Assembly (NCBI GenBank): GCA_013265495.1
Contig: MU058781.1
Coordinates: 3,473,050 to 3,537,049 of the forward strand
Origin: Vicugna vicugna
Lineage: Eukaryota
Direction of reading: 5' to 3'
DNA length: 64,000 nucleotides
In this document: in pieces, positions 50,066 to 64,000 of the stretch
Layout of the letters: the number at the start of each line of letters is the position of its first letter
How positions within the stretch are numbered: position 1 is the first letter of the stretch
Translations under genes and position numbers: made by a program
The notes under the pieces: model-generated
Databases searched by the model: none
Seen by the model: only the letters and a program-made list of their open reading frames with translations
What the model was told of the DNA's origin: nothing

Positions 50066-50375
50066 ACCTTGCACTTTCCATCCATCCACTATGCTTTAGA
50101 ACAGGGATGATGATGATGACTTGAATGGGGAAGTAACACTGGATAGGGGGACAGGTGGTCAGATTATAGATATATTTTTTACGGGTAGAGCCAACAGGTT
50201 TTCTTCACAGATTAGATACAGGGAGTGAGAGCAGTGACTTGGAGAGACTTGGGCCTCAGAAACTGCAAGAGTGGGGAAGGGAGTGAGAATTTGGGAGAAT
50301 TTGGACACTGGTTCAGCTGTGGACACAGTAAGCTTGAGATGGCCATCAGACATCCCAGTGGAAATGTCATGTAGT

Positions 50376-51110
50376 TGACTGATCACAAGTTTGGAGATGT
50401 CAATTATATGCCTTTCAGCTCCCAGCCCACCTTTCAACACCTGCTGTGCGATAATGGAGCTGAACCCTGTGAACATTTTTACTTGGCCCTCTGGCATGAT
50501 ATTAAGTTTCCTCAGCAGAGTGCATTGGTGGGACCCTGCAAGAAGAAAGAGTTTCCTTTCCTGGTTCTGGTTCACTCTTCTTGACAGACACTTGCACTTT
50601 GCCTGGCATCTACAGAGCTTGGCTCCTGCAGTGACAACCAATGATAGCCCCTGGCAGGCAGGAACACAAGATACCTCCTCATGGATGGCTTCCTCTGGTG
50701 CTCTATTGTGAAGTTTCGCAGCAAGTTCCAAAGTACAGCACCAACCAGCAAAAGCTTCCCCAGCACCAGAGAGGGCCGTTCTCAGTAAATCCCACCAGCA
50801 CAGCAGCTAAGCGGACTTCTCCACCATCCCATGAGCCACAGCTCTGCCCCATCCAACTAGGTCTGGACCTCAGTCCTAGGGTGTGAATGGGGGGGGTCCC
50901 CTCTTCCAGATTTGTTCCCTCCTTGGGTTCTCTATCTCAGCCATAGGGGTAGTGGCTGTTCCCTGTAGCTGCAATTCCTGTATTCTTCAGAGTTTTCTTT
51001 ACTCCTTGATAGCCAATCCTCCATCACTCCAGTCCCCTGTCATAATTATATTAAACTGTCCTGGTTCAGGTTACCGTGTTGTGTCCGTCTCCTGACTGGT
51101 CGCAACTGAT
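50376..51110 (+). mobile_element. ERVL LTR (LTR33-like)
   Basis: 5' ctttcagctcccagcccacctttc and 3' gtctcctgactggtcgcaactgat. It splits the L2 sequence cleanly. Confidence 0.55.
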
Positions 51111-51764
51111 GGGTTCAGCAGAGGGGTCCAGGCAGGAGATATACACTTGGGAGTTGTCAGCATATAAAGGCTACCTAAGAGCCATGAGGTCACCAAAGCA
51201 GTGGGTAATTGAAGGAGAGAAGGAAATAGGGAGACACTTCAACTTTAAAAGGTCAAGAGAGAAGGAGGAAATTGCATAAGAGGCCAAGAGGGAGCAATCA
51301 GTGAGGCAGGACGAAAATCAGGAGGCTTTCCTGGAAACCAAATTTTGAAAGTGTATCAAGGAGGGAGCAATTAGCCGCATCAAATACTGCTGATACATCA
51401 AGTAAAAGAAGACTGAGAACTGATCACAGGAGGTCGTTGATGATCTTGACAAGACCACGAGACCAAAAGCTTGGTTGGAATGGTTTTAGGAGAAAATGGG
51501 AGGAGAGGAATTGGAGACAGGGCATATCAGCTGCTCTTTTAAGAAGTTTTGTTGCAAAGAGAAGTGAAGAAATGGGTGATAAGGAAGTAGTGTCAAGATG
51601 AAGCAGCAGCAGGGATGCAATAGTATGTTAGCAAAGGAAGATTCGGTGAAAGGGGGGTGCAATTTACTGGGTAGGGGAGACGGTCCAGGATCTGGAGCAC
51701 AAGTGGGAAGACAGCTGAGGATGGGTCTTTAGGGGGTGACCTAAATCAAAAGTCAAGTGTGAAC

Positions 51765-52190
51765 ATGGAAATTAGGTCTAGTTGGGTCAGAGTGGGGCAG
51801 TCTCAGGTGGGGATAACAGAACCACAGAATCAAGGCTGCATTTCTCAGCCTTGCCTGCAGGTAGGTGTGACAATGAGGCTAAGTCCTGGCCACAAGTTGT
51901 GAGGGGGACATTTGTGTGAAACGTTGGGTCATGCCTTCCAAGGCAAGGGACATGTTCTCCCATGCCCCTTTCATGCCGGCTGGGATGCAGACACAGTTGC
52001 ATAGTGGGGAGCCCCCTAGAAACATCCGGACACAGACAACTTTTTAGGGAAGACAGAGCCACCAGATAAAGAAGCCAGGCCCTCCACTCTAGCTTCAGCT
52101 GCTACACAGAGAGAAAGCTACTCTTACTTTGCCTAAGCCACTGTTATTTTGAGTCTCTGTTTTATGCACCTAAACATAGCCAAATGAATA
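51765..52190 (+). mobile_element. Old MLT1 (J/K-like) MaLR LTR
   Basis: catttctcagccttgcctgcaggtaggtgtgac..gctaagtcctggcca ... taagccactgttattttgagtctctgtt. Confidence 0.6.
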
Positions 52191-52740
52191 TAGATTTCCA
52201 AGTACGCCCCACAGCATGGGGAAGCTGTCTTGGAGACTAACTCGATCTCATCTGGGTTTAACAACAGTTAGAAGTTAAAACATCTCCTCAATTGTAAAAT
52301 TAAAAAAGAAAAGAATCAAAGACGCAACCAAAACATTAAACAAGATGCAAAAGTCTCTTTACTCATCAAGGCAGTAGGAACGCTAAGAAGTAGTGTGTGG
52401 AATCTATACCTCTAAACTTTACCTATCTCCCCGAGAAACTTCCAGGTGGCATGATCGGACTGCAGACCTGGGGTCCAGAAAACAAGTCTCTTCAACAGCA
52501 AGGGGCACATACGTGAAAGAGAATAAAGGTCACTGATCTTGATCTGCACACTAAATAAAAAGCATGGCTAGGATTCTCGGCCAGCTGCACTTGAGTCTCC
52601 CAAATTCAAGCTGAGAGATGGGTTAGGGGCATAGAACTGGCTGGCCACACCCCCTTCCTGTGCATATCCTCCAGAAAAGACAAGTTTTCTGATGATAGAA
52701 ATGGAGAAGGCAGTGAAGGTTAGAAGGTAAAACTCTTGCA

Positions 52741-53545
52741 CAAAAGATAAATGCTGGAGAGTGTGGAGAAAAGGGAGCCCTCCTTCACTGCTGGTGGGAA
52801 TCTAGTTTGGTGCAGCCACTATGGAAAACAGTATGGCGATTCCTCAAAAAGCTAAAAATAGACTTATCATATGATCCAGCAATCCCACTCCTGGGCATAT
52901 ATCCAGTGGGAACCTTAATTCAAAAAGACACCTGCACCCCAGTGTTCATAGCAGCACTATATACAATAGCCAAGACATGGAAACAAACTAAATGTCCATC
53001 AACAGATGACTGGATAAAGAAGCTGGGTATATATACACAGTGGAATACTACTCAGCCATAAAAAATAATAAAATAATGCCATTTGCAACAACATGGATGG
53101 ACCTGGAGAATGTCATTCTAAGTGAAGTAAGCCAGAAAGAGAAAGAAAAATACCATATGATATCACTTATATGTGGAACCTAAAAAAAAAAAGAAAGAAA
53201 AACAAACGAACTTATTTATAAAACAGACTCATAGACATAGAAAACAAACTTGTGGTTACAAGGAGAGGAACAGGGTGGGAGGGGATAAATTGGGAGTTTG
53301 AGATTTGCAGATACTAACTACTATATATAAAATAAACAACAAGTTTATACTGTATGGCACAGGGAACTATATTCAATATGTTGTAGTAACTTATGGTGAA
53401 AAAGAATATGAAAACAGTATATGTATGTTCCTATATGACTGAAGCATTATGCTGTACACCAGAAATTGATACAAGATTGTAAAGTGACTATACTTCAATA
53501 AATATATATATATTAGTAAATAAATATATGTTTATATGTATATAA
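52741..53545 (+). mobile_element. 5'-truncated camelid-type L1 (ORF2 C-terminus + 3' UTR) with diverged 19-bp TSD
   Basis: ORF 52807-53061 [32 protein letters not shown] is the ORF2 C-terminus; AT-rich tail. Flanks agaaggtaaaactcttgca (52722-52740) and agaaggtaggactctggca (53546-53564). Confidence 0.92.
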
Positions 53546-54769
53546 AGAAGGTAGGACTCTGGCATGTTGAACACATTGTGCAGATCTGCACTGTCCCCAG
53601 GGTGACCCGGGCCACAGCTGGGAAGGCCTGGCTGTATTCTCTGGCCAAGTTCCCAGGTTCCTTTTTCAGTGTTTCTTTTGCGTTTCTAAAGGAATTTCTA
53701 GACGTTCGAGATCTACTTGGCTAATTACATAGTACCGTTGACATGAGATCACCCTCAAGCCATTTACCATCCTCTCTCAGCCTTCGAATCTCATCACTTA
53801 CTGTAGGGAGGGGTGGTTTAGGAGGGAGAGGAATTCCAACCTATCTTGTTTTCTGGGAAGAAGAAAGTGAGCCAACCAAAAACATTAAGCAACTGATGCA
53901 GGAAACACTCAGCCTATTCACTTTCTCCATCCTGGCCCACTCGACTTGCTTTTTTTTATAACAAGAGTCTATGTGTTAGCACGGCGGGGCCGACAAGCTC
54001 CGTGAAGTTTCATCACAGGCTGATTACAGTACAGTTTTTGCCGAGCTAAGAAGAAAAGAGGGGAAGGGGAGAAGGAGTCAGGAGAAAAGGCAGGTAGCTG
54101 AGTAGACGTGAAAAGAGTCAGGGGTCTGTGACCACGGGGTAACTGGGCTGAACGTGAATGTGGACCGCCCTCCAGACAGACTGCTGAGGGCCCCGCTGGG
54201 ACGTTCTGGAGCAGAGTAAGAACGCAAACTATTGTAACGGCTTCTTTTATGGCATCTGTTTGTCTGAGTACCAGCTTCTTTTAGACTCAACTTATATTTG
54301 GAAATACTACAAAAACACAAAATTGACCAGCTCACAATATTTTCTGTCCATCCTGGGGGGGGTAAGATTAAATATTAGCAATTCTATGCTGAAGACAAGT
54401 TCTGACCTTTCAAAAGCTCCTAGAATATAAGTTTTGTTTTGTTTTTTGCTAGAAAAGACTTTGGCTATCAACTAGCTTTCCGACTTAAGAAAGGAAGGGA
54501 TTATTAATATAATTTCTGTTTTAGACATGAGGCAACTGAGCCCTAGAAAGACGAAAGGATTTAATTTTCCTAAAGTCCTGCAGCAAGTAAAGGGGGCAGA
54601 ACCAAAGTGTCCCCTCTGGCAACGCTCTGTCTTACCTCCTGTTGTCTCTCAGGCTGATGAGGGATCATGCTGAATTACAAGGAGTAATTCCTTCTGTGCT
54701 GGAAGGAGGGAGTGGGGAACAAACCGGTGGTTACTTACAAGGCTGCCAAAATCTGCAGAGAGAGGAGCG

Positions 54770-55146
54770 TGAGTGGTTCTTGAGCCTGGGCTGTGCATTA
54801 GAATCACCTGAAGACCTGTGATTGGGCCCCTGGCAGAGGAGTTAAATCAGAATCTCGGTGTGTGGGGGGTGGGGGGAGACTGGGTATCTATTTTGTGAAA
54901 GTTCCCCCAGGTGATTCTAAGATGCAGCCAGGGCTGAGAGCCACTCTTCTAGAAGCATGAGTGATTCTAAAGGGGGCTACATGGAAAACAAAGACTGGCC
55001 TAGGGCTGTGATGCCTCACCTTCACCTGGAGGGCTTGCTGGGCCCAGGTCCGAGTTTCCCTGTTTCCAGAGACCAAGGATTTGTGTTTCTAACAAGTTCC
55101 CCAGGTGATGGCACTGAGCCAGGGAACACACTTTGAGAACCACTGC
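54770..55146. mobile_element. MER5-family hAT MITEs (two adjacent pieces)
   Basis: agtggttctt..ggctgtgcattagaatcacctg...ttcccccaggtgattctaagatgcagccagggctgagagccact; ttctaacaagttccccaggtgatg..cacactttgagaaccactg. Confidence 0.75.
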
Positions 55147-57168
55147 TCTGCAGGTCACTTTTCAAACTGTCTCCAGCCTGAGAGTCTGTTGTACCCCCTA
55201 GAGTGGACTTGGGGAGCACAGGACGGAGAGGGGGGCAGTTCTGATTAAGACTCTGAGCAAAAATGATGGCAGCGCACATGACGCCCACTGTAGTTGGTGC
55301 CGTCTCTCAGGGACCCGGGGCAGAAAAACATGGCCACAAGCGACCCACGACACAAAAAGCAGAATTGAAAATTGTTTATATTTCCTTTCTTGGCTGAAAG
55401 TCAAGTCTCTTGAAATTCATCCTAGAACTAGTTAGTTGTCGGGAAAGAGTTCTGAAAAGGCTAGACGTGGTCCATGATCAGGCCACCGAGCAACCCAGCC
55501 ACCAGGAGCCAGCGCTGGGTTGAAGAAAACCAGCTTGCCAGGAGATTCGGGCCTTTGGAGCTCCGTGGGGCTTGTCCCAACTCCTTTTCTTCACCTTATA
55601 GGGTAGTTGCCAGGACCTCAGTCACAGAATGAGGTCTGAGAACAATCTGATCTCAGAGGAAAGGCAGCAGAGAAATGAACGCACAATGGGTGTGGCGGCC
55701 ACACAGTTCTCTGGATAGAAAAGCCTGGCGCTGCCGCTGCTCCTCGGTCCTGTGCCTTCATGACGATCCATGCCTGGGCCAGGCAAGGCCACAGCGGCTC
55801 AAAGAAATGGTGTGTGAGCCGGTCAAACTCTGAAAGCGGGGACAGTGGACTAGAGTTCACGAATGCATGGAAAGACCGTGTAGGCAATGCGGGGCGAGGG
55901 GGGGGGTGCTGGCACACTATGAGACCTTCCAGAAAAGTAGTTAGTAAGTACGTAGGGGGTAGCAAATTGAAAAGACTCTCCAGTGAACTTGTAAGTTCAC
56001 AGCCATGCCTCACCAAAGACTCCTTCCATGAAGTGTTGAAGTGTTGATGTGTGCAATGACACAGCAAAGCACTCCAGGGAGGGGTGAAACCTTGGGAAAA
56101 TTCTCTGCAACAGAGTAACCTCACAGGCGGGACCCTACTGATGGAGACTCGAACAAACTCACAGAGCCAGCTACATATATGTGGCAAGTACACACAGAGG
56201 CTTTTCAAAGTGAGATTTTAAGTGATTCCTTAACAGGGAGAGACAAGAATTTGGTGCCACAGTCACTTTTCCAGGTCACTAAGGCAAGGGTCTGACTCGG
56301 TGCCCTGAGTCCATCTGCAGCCAAGAACAAGAGCTCCCACAGACTTGACGTGAAACATGGGACCGAGGCTCTGGGCAGTGGGGGCTGCCTGGGAGGAGGG
56401 CTCCACCTCTGATCTGTTCCCTCTGATCTGAACTGCTCGAGTCCCCACATCAGTGGAAGTGCATTAAACTGCACAGATACACCACCTGGTGCTGAATTTC
56501 AGGGGACGTAACTTAGCTGAACGTGCCACTTGTGAAAAAGGCTTTTTCCAAGCCCATTAGCTGGGTCAAGGATGCCAAAAAGCCAGTGAAAGAAAGTACA
56601 TGGAGGCGTTAGTGTCGACTTCGGGGTTGTTTACGACCAGGCTTAAATTGTTTCACAAGCCCTGGCCTAATTTCTGCAAAGCTTTCAACATTGAGGATGA
56701 AAGGCATTCCAGAGCTGAAAAGGATGCTGCCCTTCCCAGCGCTGGGACTGTCAGTGGTAATGCCAGCTGTCTGCTGCCTCCTGACAGGCTTAGGGAAGAA
56801 CCTTTCATCCACTTACACTTTGCTAACAGCCACCCGTGGAAAGAAGGGCTTTTGTTTCCATAAAGAAATACGAATGAAAGGGCTCTGAATGGCGGTAGAC
56901 AGGCAAAAGAGAGGGGGCGTTTCCAGAATGTCAGATTGATACCTGGGGAGCTTAAAATTTTTTAAATTGTGGCAAAATATACAACACATAAAATTGACCA
57001 TCTTAACCATCCAGCTTTGTTGAAACAAGAACTTCCTAAACGTAAGAGTTTGGACACCTAGAAGGGGTCTTTTGATGTCAGTGTATCATTATTTAAATCA
57101 TATTCAATCACCATGGAAAATTTTCATAGTTGAGAGTAAGAATCATGCAAAAGCTGTTTCTGCCAGAC

Positions 57169-57640
57169 TCAGGGGTTCTCAACTGTTTTGTGCCTCGTAT
57201 ATCTTTGGTGGTCTTGTAAGTCAATGGATCCCTTTTTGGAATAATGTTATTATAACATCCAGGAAAATGTTTTCGAATGTATAAAATAATACACATATGA
57301 CTATAAGGTAATGAATTATATTGCTATACAGGTACCTCTAAATATTTTAAAGTTGTGATAGGGCAGTGTATGGGATTTTTACTGAAGTATTAAATAACAA
57401 GATCTGGTTGTAGTCTAATGATTTCCATAATTTTAGAGAAGTCATGAGTATAAATGATATTTTAACATATCTGCAAAACCAGTGATGAGATCTGAAGATA
57501 TATGTGATTCCTATTGGTGATAAAGTCACAGATGCCACTAATCCACCTGCGACTTGATGCCACAATTAAAGAAAATGCTGAATTTCAGTTAGAGTTAGTA
57601 AAAATTAAGATTTTTGTTTGTTAGTTTTTTTCTTTCGATC
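57169..57640. mobile_element. hAT-Charlie DNA transposon remnant
   Basis: caggggttctcaac terminus followed by AT-rich Charlie-like internal sequence. Confidence 0.5.
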
Positions 57641-60600
57641 CAACTTCAAAGACTGCCTGAAATTCATATTCTGGCCCAGCTGAAGGATGAAGGGAGAGTT
57701 GAGTGGACAAGGAGAGCTTCAAGGTGGGGCGCGGGAGCAGGCTGGGAAGGGATGTGGTCCAGCATAGCAAAGGCAGAGGTACCCGCCTTTGTTTCCAAGC
57801 AAGGATGAGGAAGCAAGTCAGATACAACCCACATTCAGTGATCAGGAAAACAGGCAGGGAGGAGCTCATCAGATGACCTCCGTTTGGATGAATGGATAAA
57901 TGAAAGCAAGAGGTTATTGTCAACAAGTAAGGGAAAAACCTGGGTGTCACAGCAACCCGATGAGATCCGGGACAGAGCTGAGGACTGAGCGGGGGTCCAA
58001 GGCAGCAAAGCCACGGCTGGATGTGGCTAGGGAGCACCTCCTCCTGCTCCCCGAGGAGAGTTCCTTCAGAAATGCTCTTGGCAAGAGGAGAAAGCAGATT
58101 GAGCGATGGCCTGGTGGGCGGGGTCCCTGAAAGCCGAGGAGGGTGAGACTTCCTGTGTGTGGGGGAAAAAAAAGGCTATCTGGCAGATTCCCGAATGTGT
58201 CCCCAGGGGGGACGAGCAGACAGGGTGAAATGGAAGATGTAGAATCCTTGAACACGTCAGGTTTGCGAGGGGGAAGGGGATTGCAAACAGCAAAAGCAAC
58301 AAGAAAGGAGGAGGGGACCCAGGGCGCACTCGGAGTCTGGTACTCATTTAACACAGAGGGTCGTACGGAAATTTTCCCAGCAAACGCCAACGGTTTGATT
58401 GCTTTGAACAGCTCTAGAAGTGAGTCAGCCCAGCTCTTCCAGGTTCCTGTAAGAATTCCTACCTCATGCTTTCTCGTCTTCTCTCCTCCTCCTCAAACAA
58501 GCTGTTCCCAGCACACAGATAAGGCTGTCAGCCGCAAAGGAGCCATGTCTCAGGTGTCTCATGTAACACATAGTTATCTCCAGAACCTTCCATATCTTAC
58601 ATGCATGCCTCTGCCTTCCACTTGTTTCCCCCCACTCGTCTTTTTACCCTTGGCAGGAATGTCCACTCTTGCTTCTGCCTCATGTCCCCACTGCCACTCC
58701 CCATGACCCCAGTTCCTTCTCTTTTTTCTCCCCATCACTTCCGCCCACTGGCCTCCTCAGTGAAGCAGACGTTTTAGCTCCTCACAGCCGGGCTGATACC
58801 CGATACCCAGTTATTCTTCCCCGGCTGGCTCTCTCTTCTGCATCATGGTAGAAATCTGAGTACTTAGCTCAGCACACTGAAGAGGGACCGAGGCCCCAGC
58901 CTCACCTGTGAGCTGCCACATCCCAGACAAGCAGCCTCAGAAGACCTAGAAAGACAGCAGGGACTCTGGCCTTCCTTTCCGCCTCTATATTTTCACCAGC
59001 TATTCTGTCTGCTTGGTCTTGGTTTTAAGGAGCCTAGAGTGAGTCACTGTTCCCAAGGCAGCCCCAAACAGCTTTGGTCTGGCCTGATTTAGACCCCTCA
59101 ATGCTCCCTAAAAGGGAGTCAGTGACTTGGTGGGGTTCAAGACTGAGGACAGCCTAGGGCCTCATGGGCTTTGTGGTCACAATCCCCACGGCCCTCTTAG
59201 GTTCCTCCTCCCAGGGCGTCCGGCTTCCAAGGGGCTGATGGCCAGTGATAAATGGGTCAGAGACAATGGGACTTACATACATGTGCCTCCCAGGTTGTAA
59301 TTCTGGGATTGAGCCCCACTGATGTACAAATCATCTACCAAGAAAGAAATGCATCTATAACTGCCCAAGAAGTTACTCCTAAAGTTAGTCTTTCATTTTT
59401 ACTCATGGCCAAAGGGAGAATTTTGTTTGACCTAAGATGGTTAGAATATGGGTAACATTAGGAGAGAAGGGGGTTCCCATCATTAGGATATTTGGGAGCA
59501 AGTCCAATAACCAACTTAGAAGTCCATCTAGTAGAAGTGGTTGGACCACAGTGATGCTGCAAAGACTGTCCTAGCTCAAGAATTTACCCAGCAGATGGAG
59601 ACTCAGAGGTAGGATTCAAGAGGGAGCCTGAACTTGAATGAACAAGGCAAAGAATTCTGAACATTTTGCATAAGCTTCTTCATAGAGGTTTTGGCTAAAG
59701 TAAGCTGTAAGGCTGTCTAGTTGGTCATGACAAGGCTCACATGCTATCAAGTGCCTCTTTTCTATTTCTGTGGTTGTCACTTCTCGGCCAGCCTTCCGCA
59801 GGGAGCACTGCTCCTGACAAAGGCATGTGGAGACTGCCTGGGACAATCAAGGCAGAGGGATCTTTTCTCAGGCAAGATTCAGGTAAGTGTGGGTTCATAA
59901 AATGGGAGCATACAACTTAGAGTGAGGTGAAATTATTTTTTCTATACAAAATTCTGCATACTTTGTACACGTATAGTCCATTCTCATAACAATTGTAGCA
60001 GTCATTTTCTTTTTCCACAAAAGGTGCTAAAACGCTTAAGACAAAAGCAGCGGGAGATAAAACCAGAAATGGTCATGCGTGTGTGTGCGCACGCATGCAC
60101 GTGTGTGTGGTGGGGCAGGGGCTGAGGTAGCTAGGCACGGGAGGAGACACAGATTTCTCTTCATTTGACCCGTAAACTACAACCTCAATGACTCGCAATG
60201 TAATTGCAACTGTTCTTTGGAAACCGCAGTCCAGAGACTATGAAAGCAATGTGATCATATCCTGTGATATCGTAGGAGGCAGCATAATCCCTGGCTTATG
60301 TAACAGGAAATGAGCCTAAATTGAGAGGAACCAGCATCACCAAGAGATTCCAAATCTGCGAAGGAACAACTAGCTCCTGGATTGAAAATATACATAAGTG
60401 CCTAGGAAAGTGATGTCTTCCATGAGGGGCTGGTTCCCAGACCACTCCGCTGGAAGAAACTCAGAGGACCGGACCCCACGGCAACCACGTAGTACATTTG
60501 GGCAAGTGAGGCTTTCAGCTTTGACAAAGTGTTCTCTCTCACTGCCTTCTTCAGTACTGATCTTAGATTTACTACAGTGTCGTAAGGTTCAGAATGATAC

Positions 60601-61268
60601 GTGCCTCGTAATAACCTATGTGAACGCAAGGGTTTGCTGCCAATTTTATTGCCTTAACAGATGGGCTGCGTTCTGAATGCATTAACATCACGACTTGCTC
60701 ATGAAGGAATGAATCACAGAATCTCAGCTTTTGTTTTCTTCTTCCTGAGTCTAAACTGTTTTTAAGTGAATGGAAAGCATGGACCAGAAGAATTACCCAC
60801 GTGCGTTCTTTAAGACAGCAGATGGTGGAAAGGAAAGGCCAGCCCATCCTCGTTCATGCAAATTTGAAATTCGGCCAAGCTCAGTTCTAGATGGTTGCCC
60901 TTAAACACTACTAAGAACGAAGTAAGCAAAGATGCTCTTGAAACTAGTCAGCTGAGCCTGTTAGAACACGTCTTGCAGAGCTTGGTGGGTGGTATTAGGT
61001 CAAGATCTTGAAATAACAGAGAATTCTAAAATTTTCTCCCCCAATCTAAAGTCTATGCTGTCATCTTCTTGTTTGTTGGGACCAGACTTTCAACCACCCA
61101 GACACACACACACCGCCCCCCCAAGTGGCCTTATACAGGTTATCTCCCCACCATTTCCACATTTTCAAAATGAGGCTTTGAACCAGATTGCTCTAAACTG
61201 CCTCCAGTTCTAACATCCACATCTACATGTATCTACAATCAAAAAGAACAGCTTTTCCCATGCTAGAT

Positions 61269-61294
61269 ACACACACACACACACACACACACAC
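61269..61294. repeat. (AC)13 microsatellite
   Basis: Direct reading. Confidence 0.95.
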
Positions 61295-61409
61295 CCGGAT
61301 GCTCCACCATCATTCCCACCCCATTCTTGCTTCACATCCCATAAACTGGCCAGGTACCTAACTCATCAGATGGAGCACCCTCTAATAAACAGGAAGACAG
61401 CTGGACTCG

Positions 61410-64000
61410 TATCTTCTCTTCAATATTTATTTGGTACTTCCATTCCTTTACCCAACCAACGCAAATTGAGGACAGCAGGAAGCCAGGTTTGAAGTGGTAC
61501 AGGCCAGTGGGTGGAATGATGGCAGGCAACCACAGCCCCCTGAGCATCGCAGAGGTAACAGCAGGCCATCTGCTCTGGGCCGGGGCACAGACGGTGCAGC
61601 CCGAGGGCCTGGTAGGCGAGGCCGCCCCCCACAGCAATGTGGCCTTTAAAACACTAAGCACAGTTGCATTCATTGTCTTCTTTTGTTTTGCTTTAATAAT
61701 TAAAAAAATCCCAAACCTTCTATAATTTATAAGCTATTTTTTTGCTATCTACATTATATATAAAATATAGACTCTGTTTACTTTATAACACACATCTTTT
61801 GCCCTTGATAAATAACTCTTTAAAATATCTAGTATACATGCCTTGACTTTTATATATAAGTTTGGTTTTATACATATACATACATATATATACTCATGTT
61901 TGTAAAACACAATATATACTCGACGTTGACAATCAAACAAATGCAATTTTGGTTAAAAAAAAATGAAGTACAGTAAAAGCACCAGGCAACAGACAGAAAG
62001 CCATACTTGCTAGAAACTTCCCCCTCCCCTGGGCAAGGCACAGGGCGGAATACTAAACTCAACGGGATGCCTGACAGGGGCCGGGGTGGGGGTGGGGGTG
62101 GCGGACAGGAGCAGGCAGGTCTCCTGCTTGTGTTTTGTTTCTGAGCCTGGGACTAGAATCACAAAGAAGCCCATCAAGTTTATGAGGAACAACTACGGGG
62201 AACATTCAACAACACAGCCTTTGTGATGGCTGCGGGGCACAGCAGAGGCCTGGACGGACGGGGAAGGACAGATAGCTGACACCAGGCTTAGTCTGTGGGC
62301 CCTGCTCACACCCTCCCAGACAAGCTTTTGACTGCCACGCTAAGCATGGAGCCACTGCATGTGACATGGCCTCGTGATGACTCTCCTCACTGCTGGCGTA
62401 ATCAGAAAGGGGCAACAGATTCGAGAGCATTCAGTAGTGCGACACTGTAGGAGCCTGACTGAGCCAGCCGCCTGGGTGGCCCTCCCAAGAACTCCGGCAA
62501 ATAGGGACTGCGTCTCGGGGAAGGAAAGGTCAGTAGGCCACCACCTGCTGCTGCTAACTGGTGTAGCTACTCGGATAAGGTCTTGGCTTCACCTCCAGGC
62601 TATGATGAGACCACTGTGCCCATCACCTCTTTAAGCAGCAAGAAGGTCTTCACTCCTCTTGGGAGACATCCTGAAGCACTCCCCACCTGCCCACTTCTCT
62701 ACCCGGGGAAGGGTGGGGCAGGGCAGGCTGGGGGGGCCTGCGGGCTGCAGACAAATACAGCTTTTCTTTCATTACCTTCCTATCCCCAAAAAGGAACTGA
62801 AATGCAGGGCTCTGAGAGTTGATCAAAAAAACAACAACAAAGCTCCCCAGTGTTGTGGCCTCTGCCCTATAAACTTCTGGATTTGGACGGCCGGAAAAGT
62901 GGGTGGCGGGGAGGGCAGGGGTCCTAAGGGAGTCAAGGCCTAGATCTGATCCGGGAGAGGGGTGGAGGCCTATGAGTAGAGGTGGCCTCAGGAAATCCCA
63001 GAGGTGGACATCTGCATATGTGCCCTCCACCCTGGCCAAAGACGATACAAATTAGAGATTATTGTTCACATTACAGTCACAAGGGGAAATTTTAAACAGC
63101 TAGTTTTCTGAGTCCTCTCAAGACATCATTGAGTTTCTTAAAAAAAACAAAACCAAAAAAAACTCAGCTGCAACAGCTCAGGTCCACTGCAGGTCTGAGT
63201 TCTAAATGCAGCTCTTCCATCAACTAGCTATGGGACCTCAGACGAGTCATCGCACTTCTCTCGGCCTCCCACTCCCCATCTGAGAGCTCTGAAGATGCTG
63301 TGTGAGGCAGGATGGGATCTTAGAGTCAGAAAACTGGAATTTTAGTCCTGGCTCTACCGCTCTGAAGCGGTGTGACCTTGGTCGTCACTTAACATCTTGG
63401 GGATGTAAAAATAAAGGAACTGAACATACTGATTGGGCTCTGAAGTCCCTTCAGATGAAAATAGATTTACCTTCTCCCCAGGGTACCCTTAGCAATACTG
63501 AATCCCCACCCCACAGCCACCAGAATAAAAGCAATGCAATCAGAAACCTATTTTATGACCACAGGTCAATTTCCACAGCTGCAGCTACCAGACACGATGA
63601 AGAGTTAAGAGAGTCTACAGGTAGAAACACAGCTCAAATCTGAGTCCCAAACAAATGAACTTTAAGAGCCCCATTCCCTGAGAAAAGCCATTTTCCTATG
63701 TTATACTCAGACCAGCAAGAGCAAAACCCAACCGTCTACAATAATCGGCCAACAGTGTTTCGAAACTTCCCAAATCTGCAGTTTGCTGCATCACCTACAA
63801 TCAGAATCAACCTACGAAGTTGGTTCTAAAAGAAGCTGAGTGACATTCCCATTTTGGAAGGGGAAGAAAAATCGACTCTTCTATGTGCAGCTCAACAAGG
63901 AACCTTCTGGCAGAACATCAAACGTGGAGTCCTGCTCAACGGGAAGGTGCCGACAGCGGCAGAGTGGAGCCCCACGCAGGTCACACTGAGCTCTAATCGC
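61410..64000 (-). other. Probable distal 3' UTR of the next - strand gene (GFOD1 by mammalian synteny)
   Basis: Minus-strand AATAAA (61426-61431) and ATTAAA (61692-61697) lie beside a non-repeat AU/UG-rich block (61690-61980). The gene order PHACTR1-TBC1D7-GFOD1 is recalled from human. No coding sequence of this gene is in the window. Confidence 0.4.

Larger units (their letters stand above)
49140..51700 (-). mobile_element. L2 LINE remnant interrupted by two LTRs
   Basis: gagcagagaagtgacatgatctgactcatattttaaaagaaccac; ttgagatggccatcagacatcccagtggaaatgtc; tcaaatactgctgat..tcaagtaaaagaagactgagaa. Confidence 0.7.

Overview
This is mammalian genomic DNA, most likely a camelid: there is a tRNA-Ala-derived Vic-1-type SINE at about 47.05 kb and several camelid-type L1 3' ends. 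The window holds the last three coding exons and 3' UTR of PHACTR1 (+ strand, 1029-3739, UTR probably to about 6.8 kb). It also holds the complete TBC1D7 gene on the - strand: 7 coding exons, 882 nt, 293 aa, one GC-AG intron, and a CpG-island promoter at about 38.6-39.2 kb. The rest is repeat-rich intergenic DNA, with a probable distal 3' UTR of the next - strand gene (GFOD1 by synteny) from about 61.4 kb. Almost all ORFs in the supplied track are spurious or L1-derived. I found no convincing new multi-gene system. The most notable items are at the level of splicing and translation in TBC1D7: a missing AG before the start-codon exon, an overlapping uORF, an AG|GTAAGT recursive or poison-exon site, and a GC donor. 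Several unusual retrotransposition or rearrangement footprints also stand out: a tailless internally primed L1 piece with TSDs, an ORF1-deleted L1, a hairpin micro-inversion and a perfect 169-bp tandem duplication. Repeat family names and human comparisons are from memory and were not database-checked.
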